From a virus, in the IMG/VR virus record IMGVR_UViG_3300027908_000020, positions 1 through 60,544 of that record: DNA of 60,544 nucleotides. One strand, 5' to 3'. Under the pieces are notes generated by a model. That model searched no databases. It saw nothing but the letters and a program-made list of their open reading frames with translations, and was not told the origin of the DNA. Below, one piece after another: positions 35,702 through 45,401 of the stretch (within the stretch, counting starts at the first letter, position 1; each line of letters starts with the position of its first letter). The position numbers and the translations under genes were made by a program.

Positions 35702-38700
35702 ATGACTGATTTTGTATCGTTGCATAACCATACCCATTTTTCAATTCTAAATTCATTAGTGTCTCCGAAAGAACTTTTTGTAAGAGCAAAAGAACTTGGA
35801 CAAAATGCTGTGGCAGTTACAGACTATGGCACGCTTTCGGGGGCGTGGGACTCTCTAAAAGTTTCCAAAGAAACAGGTGTAAAATTGATTATTGGTTGCG
35901 AGTTATATTTCGTAAACAATACTTCCCAGAAGGATGACAAACTTAGATACATTGTACTGATAGCTAAAAACCATCAAGGATACAGAAATCTACTTTCCAT
36001 TAATAAATATGGTTTTGAAAATTCCGCCATCGTAATGAAAAAAGTGCTTCCAATAATTGATTGGCCTGCGCTTGAAAAATATGCAGAAGGCCTAATCTGT
36101 TTAACTGGTTGTGGTAATGGGATAGTTGGGCAGCTCATCAATGATAAGAATTTTGATGAAGCTGAAAGCACACTTAAGCGGTTGTCCAAAATTTTTGGCT
36201 CCAACTTGGGGGTTGAAGTGCAAACACATAATTTAGCCAGAGGAGCTACTTATTATAGCGGTAGCGTTAATCAAGTATTTACAAATGCTCAACTTATTAG
36301 GTTAGCTAAGAAACTAGATTTACGTCTTGTACCAACTTCGAATTCACATTATTTAAAAAAAGATGAGTCTGATGTGCATGATGTTTTACTGGCCATCGCG
36401 GCTATGCAGCCGGTTTATTCTAATGCGCGAATTAAGTACAACGTATCTGATCTTTACTTAAAAAGTGGAGATGAGGTAAAAACTTTTTTTTCCAGAAATC
36501 ATGGTGAAGATTTTGCCAAAGAATTATGTGCCAATTCTATTTATTTTTCAGAACTTTGTGAGAAGCCAGATTGGATCGATCCAAAATTTTCTAATCCAAC
36601 TGGAAAAGAACTCCCCGTTTTCCCAGTAGAGAGGGAAGATGATTATTCTTTATTCAAGGACTGGATGTCCATTCATGAAGATTCGCAAAGGATAGATCAG
36701 GATAAGGCGTACCTAAGGTTTAGATGCGAGCAAGAGTTCAAAACCAAGGTAGCGCAAGATAGAGTTGCTGAGTATAAGGCACGTCTAGATGAAGAGCTAG
36801 ATGTTATCGAGTATCACGGTTTCTCTAGCTATATGTTAATCGTTGCTGATTATATTACTTGGGCCCGCCGTAATGGAATACGGGTTGGTTTGGGAAGAGG
36901 ATCTGTTGGTGGTTCACTTATTGCATTCTTGCTTGGCATCCACGGAGCTGATCCAATAAAGTATAAACTAATTTTTGCCAGATTCCACAACAAAGAGAAG
37001 TCATCTTTCCCTGATATAGATACAGATTTTTCTCCAGCTGGAAGAGATAAGGTACAGGAATACATTAGGCAGAAGTATGGTTCTGAACACGTTGCACACG
37101 TATCTAATATAAATACAATAACGCCTAAGGTGTTCGCGCGTGACGTTGCTAGGGCTTGTGAGTTTGGTGGCAGCAGACAGGCTGCAGTTGATATTGGCAA
37201 TAGTCTGGCTGATAGTATACCAAAGAAGATTGATGAAAAAGAAGTCAAGACTTTTGAAGAAGCTATCGAAAAAGCGCCACTATTTGGTGAATATGCTTCT
37301 AAGAGTTATCCTGAATTAAAGAAATACGCTGCTATTTGTGGGAAATATAGGGCGTGGGCAACCCACGCTGCCGGTCTAGTTATCTCACAAAGACCACTAC
37401 CAGGGTTTGTTCCTCTACGAAAAGATAAGGATGGAGCTATTGCGATTGAGTTTGATAAGGAGCGAGCTGAAGAACTTGGTCTCGTAAAGATGGACACTCT
37501 TGGTCTTGAGACTTTAGATATAATTGATGAAACATATCGTCTGGTAAAAGAAGCAGGAAAACCATTACCACCTGATCCCCCAAATTTTGAAGAATATGAT
37601 AAGGAGACTTATGATCTTATTTCAAAAGGGGATACATTCTGTGTATTCCAGTTGGGGACAAGTGCAGGCACGATTGATCTGTGCAGAAAAATAAGACCAA
37701 AATCAATCGAAGATATAAGCCATATCAATTCACTCGCCCGCCCATCCGCGCGCGATATTAGAGAAGGGTTTATAGCAGCTAAGGAAGGTCGTACAAAAGT
37801 CAAACTTTTGCATCCTTCTTTGAAGAGGGCGTTTGGTGATACATTTGGATTTGGTCTGTACGAAGAATCTCTAATGTATCTAGCGCAGGATGTCGCTGGC
37901 TGGAGCCTTCATGAAGCAGATCGTCTTCGTAAGCTAACAAAAGAAAAAGGTAAGAATCCAAAAAAGGTATTGCAGTGGAGAAGTGACTTTATTTCCGATG
38001 CTAAAAAAAATAATGACATCTCAGAAAATATTGCTATGAAAATATGGGATGAAGTTGTTGACAAGTTCCAGGGTTATGGTTTTAACATGAGTCACTCAAT
38101 TATGTATTCAATGATAAGTTATTATACAGCTTATTTGAAAGCTCATTATCCTGTAGAATTTTTATTGGCTAACTTGATGTCTGAACTAAGATCTAATGCA
38201 AAGGTATCTAAAGATAATATAGATAAGATAAAGCAGGAGCTTAGGAATCGTGGAATAAAGATTAATTCTCCTGATATCAATCAATCAGATATTGATTACA
38301 AAGTTCTGTCCGATGGTTCACTTCTTACTGGTCTGCAAGCACTAGCCTTCGTTGGTGATGATGCTATGAAAGACCTTGTAAGTAAAAGACCATTCAAGAG
38401 TTTTGATGATTTCATGCTGCGTGTTGATTCGCAAAAGGTAAAGACTAATCATGTACAAGCGTTAGCGGCAAGCGGATTTCTTGATAACTTTGGAATATCA
38501 AGGAAGGTAATGTATCTATATTGTTCTGATTATAAAAAGAAACTGCAGGTATGGCTTAAAAAGCATAATCCAGAATTTGATAAATTTGAATATCCCTGGC
38601 CAGTTGATAAAGAGTGGTCGCCATCAGAGCTGTATGCTTTGGAAAAATCTTACCTTGATGAAACATTCATATGTGGTAAAAAAGAAGCATATATGAATTT

Positions 38701-39220
38701 TTTCAGGCAGCGTTCATTTCTAGTAAAGGATATTCTTCTTATGAAGGATAGAGACCCAATTCCATCTGTGCGCGCTGAAATCAAAAGCGTGTTCGAGTTT
38801 AAGGTAAAGAAGGAAACTTCTAGGTACCTTGGTGAGAACATGATTAAGGCAACAATTGAAGATGAGGGAGGAGATCAGATAACTTTGACGGTGTTTCCGA
38901 ATAAGTGGAAAGATGTCAAAGCAAGGATGAGAGACCTCTACGGCAATAAATATAAGTTCGAGCCAGGATTAGCGGTTCACTTTTCTGGAACTCTTAATGT
39001 GTACGAGGACGAAATTGGTATCATATTAGAAAGCTTTTATGAAGCTGCTCCTCCTCCTCCCATGCCAAAAGACATGAAGCATAAAAAGATTTCTTTAAAG
39101 AAATCAAATAATGATTCTATCAAAAATATAGATTTGAATAGTACTGATAAAGTGATTGAAAATATAGAAGATGAACTATTTGATGAAGGTCTGATTGATC
39201 TAGATCAAGAAGATGACTGA
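35702..39220 (+). CDS. dnaE: DNA polymerase III alpha subunit
   Basis: LHNHTHFS PHP domain, GRGSVGGSL, PDIDTD, THAAG, KMDTLGL, YGFNMSHS, C-terminal OB fold. Confidence 0.97.
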   Translation: MTDFVSLHNHTHFSILNSLVSPKELFVRAKELGQNAVAVTDYGTLSGAWDSLKVSKETGVKLIIGCELYFVNNTSQKDDKLRYIVLIAKNHQGYRNLLSINKYGFENSAIVMKKVLPIIDWPALEKYAEGLICLTGCGNGIVGQLINDKNFDEAESTLKRLSKIFGSNLGVEVQTHNLARGATYYSGSVNQVFTNAQLIRLAKKLDLRLVPTSNSHYLKKDESDVHDVLLAIAAMQPVYSNARIKYNVSDLYLKSGDEVKTFFSRNHGEDFAKELCANSIYFSELCEKPDWIDPKFSNPTGKELPVFPVEREDDYSLFKDWMSIHEDSQRIDQDKAYLRFRCEQEFKTKVAQDRVAEYKARLDEELDVIEYHGFSSYMLIVADYITWARRNGIRVGLGRGSVGGSLIAFLLGIHGADPIKYKLIFARFHNKEKSSFPDIDTDFSPAGRDKVQEYIRQKYGSEHVAHVSNINTITPKVFARDVARACEFGGSRQAAVDIGNSLADSIPKKIDEKEVKTFEEAIEKAPLFGEYASKSYPELKKYAAICGKYRAWATHAAGLVISQRPLPGFVPLRKDKDGAIAIEFDKERAEELGLVKMDTLGLETLDIIDETYRLVKEAGKPLPPDPPNFEEYDKETYDLISKGDTFCVFQLGTSAGTIDLCRKIRPKSIEDISHINSLARPSARDIREGFIAAKEGRTKVKLLHPSLKRAFGDTFGFGLYEESLMYLAQDVAGWSLHEADRLRKLTKEKGKNPKKVLQWRSDFISDAKKNNDISENIAMKIWDEVVDKFQGYGFNMSHSIMYSMISYYTAYLKAHYPVEFLLANLMSELRSNAKVSKDNIDKIKQELRNRGIKINSPDINQSDIDYKVLSDGSLLTGLQALAFVGDDAMKDLVSKRPFKSFDDFMLRVDSQKVKTNHVQALAASGFLDNFGISRKVMYLYCSDYKKKLQVWLKKHNPEFDKFEYPWPVDKEWSPSELYALEKSYLDETFICGKKEAYMNFFRQRSFLVKDILLMKDRDPIPSVRAEIKSVFEFKVKKETSRYLGENMIKATIEDEGGDQITLTVFPNKWKDVKARMRDLYGNKYKFEPGLAVHFSGTLNVYEDEIGIILESFYEAAPPPPMPKDMKHKKISLKKSNNDSIKNIDLNSTDKVIENIEDELFDEGLIDLDQEDD

Positions 39221-39234
39221 TATATACTATCGGT

Positions 39235-39399
39235 ATGAGATACTGCCCCAAATGCCTTGAAGATAAGCATGATGATGAATTTTCATCAGCAAAAGCTCGT
39301 TGGTGTAAGGCTTGCAAAAAAGAATATGATTCTAATCGTTTCATTCAAAATAGAGAAACTATTTTAGATGGTGTAACTAAAATAAGGCATAAAGGATAA
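39235..39399 (+). pseudogene. Internally deleted mini homing endonuclease (54 aa); absent from the ORF track
   Basis: CPKC..K...EF...CKAC N-terminus joined directly to LDGVTKIRHKG, which resembles the C-termini of the two intact HNH genes. Confidence 0.6.
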
Positions 39400-39410
39400 A
39401 TAGGAATAAT

Positions 39411-40067
39411 ATGCGCTGTAAATCATGTAAGGAAGATGTACCGCCTAAGTTCGTACATGCTATTTCGGTAAATGTTTGTCCGTTATGCGGACAAGAGATT
39501 ATGGATGCGAAATTGCAGTCAATTTTGAACGATCTTAAGTCTGCGATGGATAAAGCATCAGAATACTCTGAAGAGTCAGCTGATTGGCTATTCTCTAATT
39601 ACGGGCTGAAGAAGTGGGACCCAAATCAAATAAATAATGAAGCTTATTTTCAGGGAGGAAGCATTCTAACACCCACTCATCCAAAGCAGCAACTGCCAGG
39701 TTTTAGGTCCCCATCACCTGTTCGTCGTTCCGAGGATGAGGACTCAGATATGGAAGTGGAATCACCCGCTGAAGAAGTATCTATATTTGCCAAACGGGCT
39801 GGTCTCAAACCTTCAAATTTTAAGAAAGTTATAGAGCATATACAGGGTGCAGCGGATCCAACTGCATTCCACGGTCAAGACGATGAGTATGGCGAATTGG
39901 AGGGCATTGAGGAGCCATCTGCCCCTCTTGACGCCAGAGGCAAGAAGGAAATAATGTCAATCTTTAAAGAAGATGATGCCAAATCATTAGAACTTGAGAA
40001 ACTTAAAAAGTTCAGGTCGCAGGCCTCTGTCGCCGGGAATGGTGGCAAATTTTGGCGCTCATCATAG
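39411..40067 (+). CDS. Hypothetical protein with N-terminal zinc ribbon
   Basis: CKSC...CPLCG; AGGA SD. Confidence 0.65.
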   Translation: MRCKSCKEDVPPKFVHAISVNVCPLCGQEIMDAKLQSILNDLKSAMDKASEYSEESADWLFSNYGLKKWDPNQINNEAYFQGGSILTPTHPKQQLPGFRSPSPVRRSEDEDSDMEVESPAEEVSIFAKRAGLKPSNFKKVIEHIQGAADPTAFHGQDDEYGELEGIEEPSAPLDARGKKEIMSIFKEDDAKSLELEKLKKFRSQASVAGNGGKFWRSS

Positions 40068-40077
40068 GTAGGTTAAT

Positions 40078-40422
40078 ATGGGCATTAAAATAATCGATAA
40101 TAAAAAAGTCGAAATGACCGAAACCGAAATTAGTATGTATCGAGATATTTGTAGATCTTATGATCGCCCAAATTTCAAAGGAGAAGATCTTTTCAAAGAT
40201 CTTTTTGAGACCGATGAACTAGGAAGAATTGTATATTTAAAGCCCCCATCTACCAGGCATACAAGTATGGAAGTTTTTTTATTTGTTGCAATTTTGATGC
40301 AGCATCAGCACATCAGATCTATGCACTTTCAGGTATCTAATATGTGTAAGCAAATGCAAGAAAAAATGAATGAATTAGACGCTCTAATGAGCTCAGTAAA
40401 AAAAGAAAAAGAAGCCGAGTAG
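40078..40422 (+). CDS. Hypothetical protein
   Basis: 114-aa ORF. Confidence 0.65.
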   Translation: MGIKIIDNKKVEMTETEISMYRDICRSYDRPNFKGEDLFKDLFETDELGRIVYLKPPSTRHTSMEVFLFVAILMQHQHIRSMHFQVSNMCKQMQEKMNELDALMSSVKKEKEAE

Positions 40423-40490
40423 TAAGTCGATATAAGCCGTTCAACACGCAAAAGTAGATGCGTGATTCTAGATGAACAAAAGAAGATAAA

Positions 40491-40913
40491 ATGAGTACGA
40501 ACAAAGCAGAATTTGAAGAATTAGTTGAGAAGTGTTTTGCTGAATTGAAAGCAGCCTCTCAAGACAAGTACGAAACGGATAAAGCCGAAAGAACGGCAGC
40601 TCTGTTTTTGCAAGCGCAAATGAAGCTTGCATTCTTTATTGAAGATATTGAAAGCGCTGCGCGCCATTCCAAATCTTTTATTGATAAAATTGAATCAGAC
40701 AAATACTTTGAAATCAAAGATGCGGCCGTTGGTAAAAAAATTACCGAAGCAGCTATGGAACATTCTGTAGCTCATGACCCTGTTGTCGTAGAGGCTAAAA
40801 AGGCTAACTCTAACGCAGAATCTGAGTTAAGGAAATACAATTATCTTATGGCTTCTCTAAAGGAAGGTCATATCTTTTTCCGTGGTATGGGCCGTAAAAG
40901 TTACATGGAATAA
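40491..40913 (+). CDS. Helical protein, possibly a UvsY-like recombination mediator
   Basis: KKITEAAMEHSVAHDP helical pattern, about 140 aa, directly upstream of recA. Confidence 0.4.
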   Translation: MSTNKAEFEELVEKCFAELKAASQDKYETDKAERTAALFLQAQMKLAFFIEDIESAARHSKSFIDKIESDKYFEIKDAAVGKKITEAAMEHSVAHDPVVVEAKKANSNAESELRKYNYLMASLKEGHIFFRGMGRKSYME

Positions 40914-40920
40914 ATAGTAA

Positions 40921-41910
40921 ATGGAGAATGCAATGACTAAGCAAGCAGCGAAAACAGAATTAGGAAAGATAGACATAAATAAACTAGTGAGAGCAGCTCA
41001 AGAATCATATTCCAAAAAGGAAGCGGGATTAGCCAATCAACTATCTACAGGCAAGGGTCTCGTAAGACCAACGGAAGATAAAGACTTCGTACTATGGACT
41101 GGTGGCGATCACTGGTATCAGTTGACCCATCTCAAAGGAATTCCGTTCGGACGTATTATAGAAATCTCCGGTAAACCAGATTCAGGTAAGAGTACCCACG
41201 CGATGGCATTCATGAAATTCGCCCAAGATCAAGGAGTGCTTGTTGTTCTATGGGATGCAGAGAAGAAATTCTCACCATCAAGATTCGACAACAAGATTGG
41301 TGGTTGCTCAGACAATTTACTTGTTGTAAATACTAATAACATTCTAAATGGAGCAAAAGCTGTTGCCCACCTTGTTAATTCAGCCAAAGAATTAAACCCA
41401 GATGTAAAGATTCTAATTGTTTGGGATAGTGTTGGGGCATCCGTAAACTCAACCGAAGATAAAGATGATAGTGAGGATTATTCACAGCAACCAGGTGTTA
41501 CAGCAAAGGAAAATGCTTATACCATAAGAAAGTTCAACAAGTTAATCAACAAGTTTACAAACAGAGAAACTGGTGAAGAAACTGTTGCAGTTCTAGTTAT
41601 CAATCAGACATACGTTAATATTGGAAGCGTTGGCCAAACAGAGAAGGGCGGAGGCGAAATATATTACCTCTCTAGTGTAATTGTTCAGCTTTCTCGAAAG
41701 CAAGATTTGAACCGTGTAAAAGCTGGCGAGAAATACAAATATGGTATCGTAACCAGAGCCAAAGTTAAGAAGAATCATTTGTTTGATGGTGATGAGTGCA
41801 TTGCAGAAATGGATTTGGTTGTTTCGGCAGATGGTATTCATCTTGCAAAAGATGTAAAGAACTTCGACGATATCAAAGGCTGGAGTGCCAGCGAGGAAGA
41901 GGGAGAATAA
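40921..41910 (+). CDS. recA: RecA/UvsX-like recombinase
   Basis: GIPFGRIIEISGKPDSGKST, WDAE, VWDSVGA, INQ, GG, VKKNH. Confidence 0.9.
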   Translation: MENAMTKQAAKTELGKIDINKLVRAAQESYSKKEAGLANQLSTGKGLVRPTEDKDFVLWTGGDHWYQLTHLKGIPFGRIIEISGKPDSGKSTHAMAFMKFAQDQGVLVVLWDAEKKFSPSRFDNKIGGCSDNLLVVNTNNILNGAKAVAHLVNSAKELNPDVKILIVWDSVGASVNSTEDKDDSEDYSQQPGVTAKENAYTIRKFNKLINKFTNRETGEETVAVLVINQTYVNIGSVGQTEKGGGEIYYLSSVIVQLSRKQDLNRVKAGEKYKYGIVTRAKVKKNHLFDGDECIAEMDLVVSADGIHLAKDVKNFDDIKGWSASEEEGE

Positions 41911-41911
41911 T

Positions 41912-42238
41912 ATGCCTGATTTAACAATAAAACCGGCGTCATCGGTAGATGATCAAGGTGTACTTAGAATGCCAGAAATTAGAACTGGCAAAATAGTACC
42001 AACATATCTGGTAACAATAGAAGCAGGGAAGAAAGAACTACATTTCATTGCTACAAAATTTGATGAAACAAATACTTGTGGTAAATTCGTTGGTTTCTAT
42101 TGTACTGCAACAGAGGAAAAGATTGTCAGCAGCTACGATGAGATTATTAAAAGTACTGATAAGACAAACTATGTCGAGATCCAGATTCCATGGAACAGAA
42201 TACTGAGTGTACGCAGTTTGCTATACAAGCACAAATAG
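41912..42238 (+). CDS. Hypothetical protein
   Basis: GGAG SD before ATG 41912. Confidence 0.6.
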   Translation: MPDLTIKPASSVDDQGVLRMPEIRTGKIVPTYLVTIEAGKKELHFIATKFDETNTCGKFVGFYCTATEEKIVSSYDEIIKSTDKTNYVEIQIPWNRILSVRSLLYKHK

Positions 42239-42247
42239 GAGATTAAA

Positions 42248-42580
42248 ATGGCAAGAATGAATAGAAGAAACGTAAGAACAGCTAACAGAGTCGCAAGAAT
42301 GAACATTGATCGGGATCTTATCGAGACCATTCAAACTAGAATTCAGACTCTTCTAGGTCGCAGAAATGGTTCATGGAATGGTACCATGACTGAACTCAAC
42401 CAAGCGATTACATCAGGATTAAGAAGGGCTACGCCAACTAACTGGCCAAAGACACCAAGCGTGTTGCGACGAGTTATCAACAGCGTAGTACCTGCTTTGA
42501 GAAGATCTGGTGTGCGAGTCCAGTTTGGCCGCACAACCGATCATTCAAGGACCCGTTTTGTTAGTTTTACACAAAACTAA
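42248..42580 (+). CDS. Basic protein, probable winged-helix DNA-binding domain
   Basis: WNGTMTEL...WPKTPSVL...VPALRRSGVRVQFGR; AGGAG SD. Confidence 0.55.
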   Translation: MARMNRRNVRTANRVARMNIDRDLIETIQTRIQTLLGRRNGSWNGTMTELNQAITSGLRRATPTNWPKTPSVLRRVINSVVPALRRSGVRVQFGRTTDHSRTRFVSFTQN

Positions 42581-42636
42581 TACGTACTAGTAGTTAGATT
42601 CAAAAATAGTACACAGAAAATAAATAGGAGAATAAT

Positions 42637-43323
42637 ATGAATAAATATGGTGAACAGTCTTGGACTGATGTAGTTCTAAATTCGTCAGAAAAGAAAAACA
42701 GCAAAGATCTATTTTTGCGTTTGAACCCAGGCTCTAACGTCGTAAGGTTGCTTACCCTTCCATACGCTTATTATCAGCACAAGCATATGATAGATGGTGG
42801 GAAAAAGTTCGGATACAGAATCAACTGTTCCGATCCTGAGCACCGTACTAGTTGCCCAGTTTGTGAAAAGGGCGAGGATAAGGCCAAGCGTAGGTGGTTT
42901 CTTGGTGTAATCGATCGTAAGAACGATGCATACAAGATACTTGATATCGGTTTCTCTGTCTTCAAGGCAATTCAAACGCTTGCCAAAGATGATGACTGGG
43001 GCGATCCAAGTAGATATGATATCGATATTGTGGTCGATCCACATGGAGGTGCAACCGGTTACTACACAGTAGTAGCCAAGCCACCAAAGCCATTATCTGC
43101 TAGTGATTTGGTAAAGCGCGAAGAGAACAGCACGGAAGAGATTGCTCGTAGAGCAAGCCCTCCAACCCGTGAAAAGGTTCAAGAGAGATTGGACAAGATA
43201 ATGGAAGAAATCAATTCCGGCTCAAGTTCGTCCTCAGCTTCAGCTTCTGAAGAAGACTCAACAACTGATAGTGAGGAAGAATTTCCTGACTATGATAACA
43301 AGACCAAGAAAGCTCCTTTCTAA
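42637..43323 (+). CDS. Single-stranded DNA-binding protein (T4 gp32-like)
   Basis: FLRL..G.NVVRLL, H...C...CPVC, VIDR, WGDP..YDI, acidic Ser-rich tail ending in PF. Confidence 0.75.
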   Translation: MNKYGEQSWTDVVLNSSEKKNSKDLFLRLNPGSNVVRLLTLPYAYYQHKHMIDGGKKFGYRINCSDPEHRTSCPVCEKGEDKAKRRWFLGVIDRKNDAYKILDIGFSVFKAIQTLAKDDDWGDPSRYDIDIVVDPHGGATGYYTVVAKPPKPLSASDLVKREENSTEEIARRASPPTREKVQERLDKIMEEINSGSSSSSASASEEDSTTDSEEEFPDYDNKTKKAPF

Positions 43324-43357
43324 TCTTTTACCCTAGAGCTTAGTTTCCGCTGAGCAG

Positions 43358-43399
43358 CAAAAGAGATGTATTCTATACGAGTACATCTCTTTTGTTTTT
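43358..43399 (+). terminator. Rho-independent terminator
   Basis: 16-bp stem CAAAAGAGATGTATTC / GAGTACATCTCTTTTG with TATAC loop, then TTTTT. Confidence 0.8.
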
Positions 43400-43429
43400 A
43401 TAGTGCGATATATATCCAATAAAGGATAT

Positions 43430-44041
43430 ATGGCAATAATTCTGGGTCTAGACATATCTACTACATGTATAGGGTGGTCAGTTATACAATATAAAAACCT
43501 TACCTATAATCTTATAGGTATAGGTTATTTTGAACCGATTAAAAACGTATCTAATGTTTTTGATGCGCATCCAAAGAAATTAAAAGATTTGGATAGCTTA
43601 GAGTTTCTTGATATGATCCAAATGTCAAAAAATATGATAACAGAATTACTTAGGAAGTACAACCCAGATAAAGTGTGTATAGAAGATTATATAAGATACA
43701 TGGCTGGTGGTTCCGGCGCAAATACGATTATACCATTAGCATGTTTAAATAGATCTATTTGTTCCTTAGTGTATGAATATTTTGATTTTGATAAAAAAAG
43801 AGTTTCTATTTGCAATGTCATGTCGATACGATCGCTAATTAAAAAATCTGCTAAATTATCGGAGCTGCCAAAAAAAGAAGAGCTGCCCCCAATTCTAGAA
43901 AAATTAATGGGTATTAAAGTGCCTATTCTATTGGAAGAATCTAAAAGAAACAAATCAAAGATATCTTCATTTACATATGACCAGTCAGATAGTATAGCTT
44001 GTTCGTATTACATTACTGCAAACAATAAAGAAAATAAATGA
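43430..44041 (+). CDS. RuvC-like Holliday junction resolvase
   Basis: ILGLDISTTCIGW, PDKVCIED, DQSDSIA. Confidence 0.75.
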   Translation: MAIILGLDISTTCIGWSVIQYKNLTYNLIGIGYFEPIKNVSNVFDAHPKKLKDLDSLEFLDMIQMSKNMITELLRKYNPDKVCIEDYIRYMAGGSGANTIIPLACLNRSICSLVYEYFDFDKKRVSICNVMSIRSLIKKSAKLSELPKKEELPPILEKLMGIKVPILLEESKRNKSKISSFTYDQSDSIACSYYITANNKENK

Positions 44042-45054
44042 ATAAAGTTGATGAAGCATTTAATATCTTGGGATTACCTCGTTCGGTACCAGAGGATGAG
44101 TTAAAAGCAAAATATAAAGAACTCGCTAAAAAGTTTCATCCCGATGTGTACAAGGAAGACCCAGAGAAGTTTAAAAAAATAAATGAAGCCTACCAGCTTA
44201 TTCAAGATTACAAAGCAAATCCATCCAAGTATGAGCGCAAACAGTTTCAACAAAATGATGTTGGTTTCCAGTATAACGAGATAAATCTACAAGATTTATT
44301 TAATAATTTTCATAATAATTTTACTACCGAAGATAATGAGGGCCCACGAAGAAGTCCAAATATTTCCGCTCCACCACCAACCATTAATATAAATATTTCT
44401 TTCAAAGAATCAATATTAGGTAATGAGAAACAAATAACGTATAAGAGATATTTGAAATGTACGATATGTAATGGTATTGGATTAGAATATGTTAATAACG
44501 GATGCCAATCTTGTAACGGATTTGGAAGAATTGTAGCCAATAACAAAGGAATGGTATTTTCTAAAGTTTGTACTAAATGTTATGGAAAAAATATCAAAAA
44601 GAATAAATGCTCGAACTGTAATGTTAAAGGTGTTATGGAGAATGATGTTGCAGGCACAGTTCAAATTCCCCCGGGCATTGTCAACGGAACAACTCTTCGT
44701 CTTGCCGCAGCTGGTCACTACATGGGTAATTCATTATTTGGAGATTCTTATGGCGATGTGTTTATACGAGTAACTGTAGATAAGGATCTTGAGCTTGAGT
44801 TAATGGGGTCAGATGTTGTAAGTCATGTAAATCTATCTTTACTCGATGCACTTATCGGATCCCATCAAGAAATAAAAACAGTACATGGTACCAGAAATAT
44901 AGCGATCCCAGCACTCACTAAAAACAAAGATGAATTGCGAATCCAAGATTGTGGTGTCAAAGGAACAACTGGGGTCCAAAGGGTTATATTAGATGTAAGG
45001 TATCCAGATGATACTAAAGCTCTTGTGGAGTGGTTAAAGAATAGTCAGAACTAG
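44038..45054 (+). CDS. dnaJ: DnaJ chaperone (class A-like)
   Basis: FHPD J-domain, KINEAY, four CxxCxG-type repeats, IPPG..G..LRL, GDVF. Confidence 0.92.
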   Translation: MNKVDEAFNILGLPRSVPEDELKAKYKELAKKFHPDVYKEDPEKFKKINEAYQLIQDYKANPSKYERKQFQQNDVGFQYNEINLQDLFNNFHNNFTTEDNEGPRRSPNISAPPPTININISFKESILGNEKQITYKRYLKCTICNGIGLEYVNNGCQSCNGFGRIVANNKGMVFSKVCTKCYGKNIKKNKCSNCNVKGVMENDVAGTVQIPPGIVNGTTLRLAAAGHYMGNSLFGDSYGDVFIRVTVDKDLELELMGSDVVSHVNLSLLDALIGSHQEIKTVHGTRNIAIPALTKNKDELRIQDCGVKGTTGVQRVILDVRYPDDTKALVEWLKNSQN

Positions 45055-45062
45055 GAAAGATT

Positions 45063-45401
45063 ATGCCGTTTCTAATGAATTGTAATAATAGGGGTTGTGG
45101 TAAATATCAGCAGCCCTCACTCAACCTAAAAAGCAATGAAGTAATTTGTGGCGAGTGCGGGCAGATAATTGCTGGTGTCTCACATTTTACTAAAGTGCAG
45201 ATGAAAAGTTTGGGACAGACACTTAAACCGGCGAAACCAGCCTACTCAGTTAGATGCGAAAAATGTAAACAAGAAGCTTTACCAAAGCTAGATAAAAATC
45301 AGCTTGTCTGTTCATGGTGTAGTGAAATACTTAAAAATGTAAGTAAGCCATTTGAAATTCTGATAAGAAACGCAATTAAGAAAGGCGATGAAGAATTATA
45401 A
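45063..45401 (+). CDS. Double zinc-ribbon protein
   Basis: CNNRGC, CGEC, CEKC, CSWC. Confidence 0.65.
   Translation: MPFLMNCNNRGCGKYQQPSLNLKSNEVICGECGQIIAGVSHFTKVQMKSLGQTLKPAKPAYSVRCEKCKQEALPKLDKNQLVCSWCSEILKNVSKPFEILIRNAIKKGDEEL

Noticed and set aside
35702-39220. Intein or intron in dnaE (also checked recA and topA)
   Set aside because: Lengths are normal and no splicing motifs or interruptions were seen
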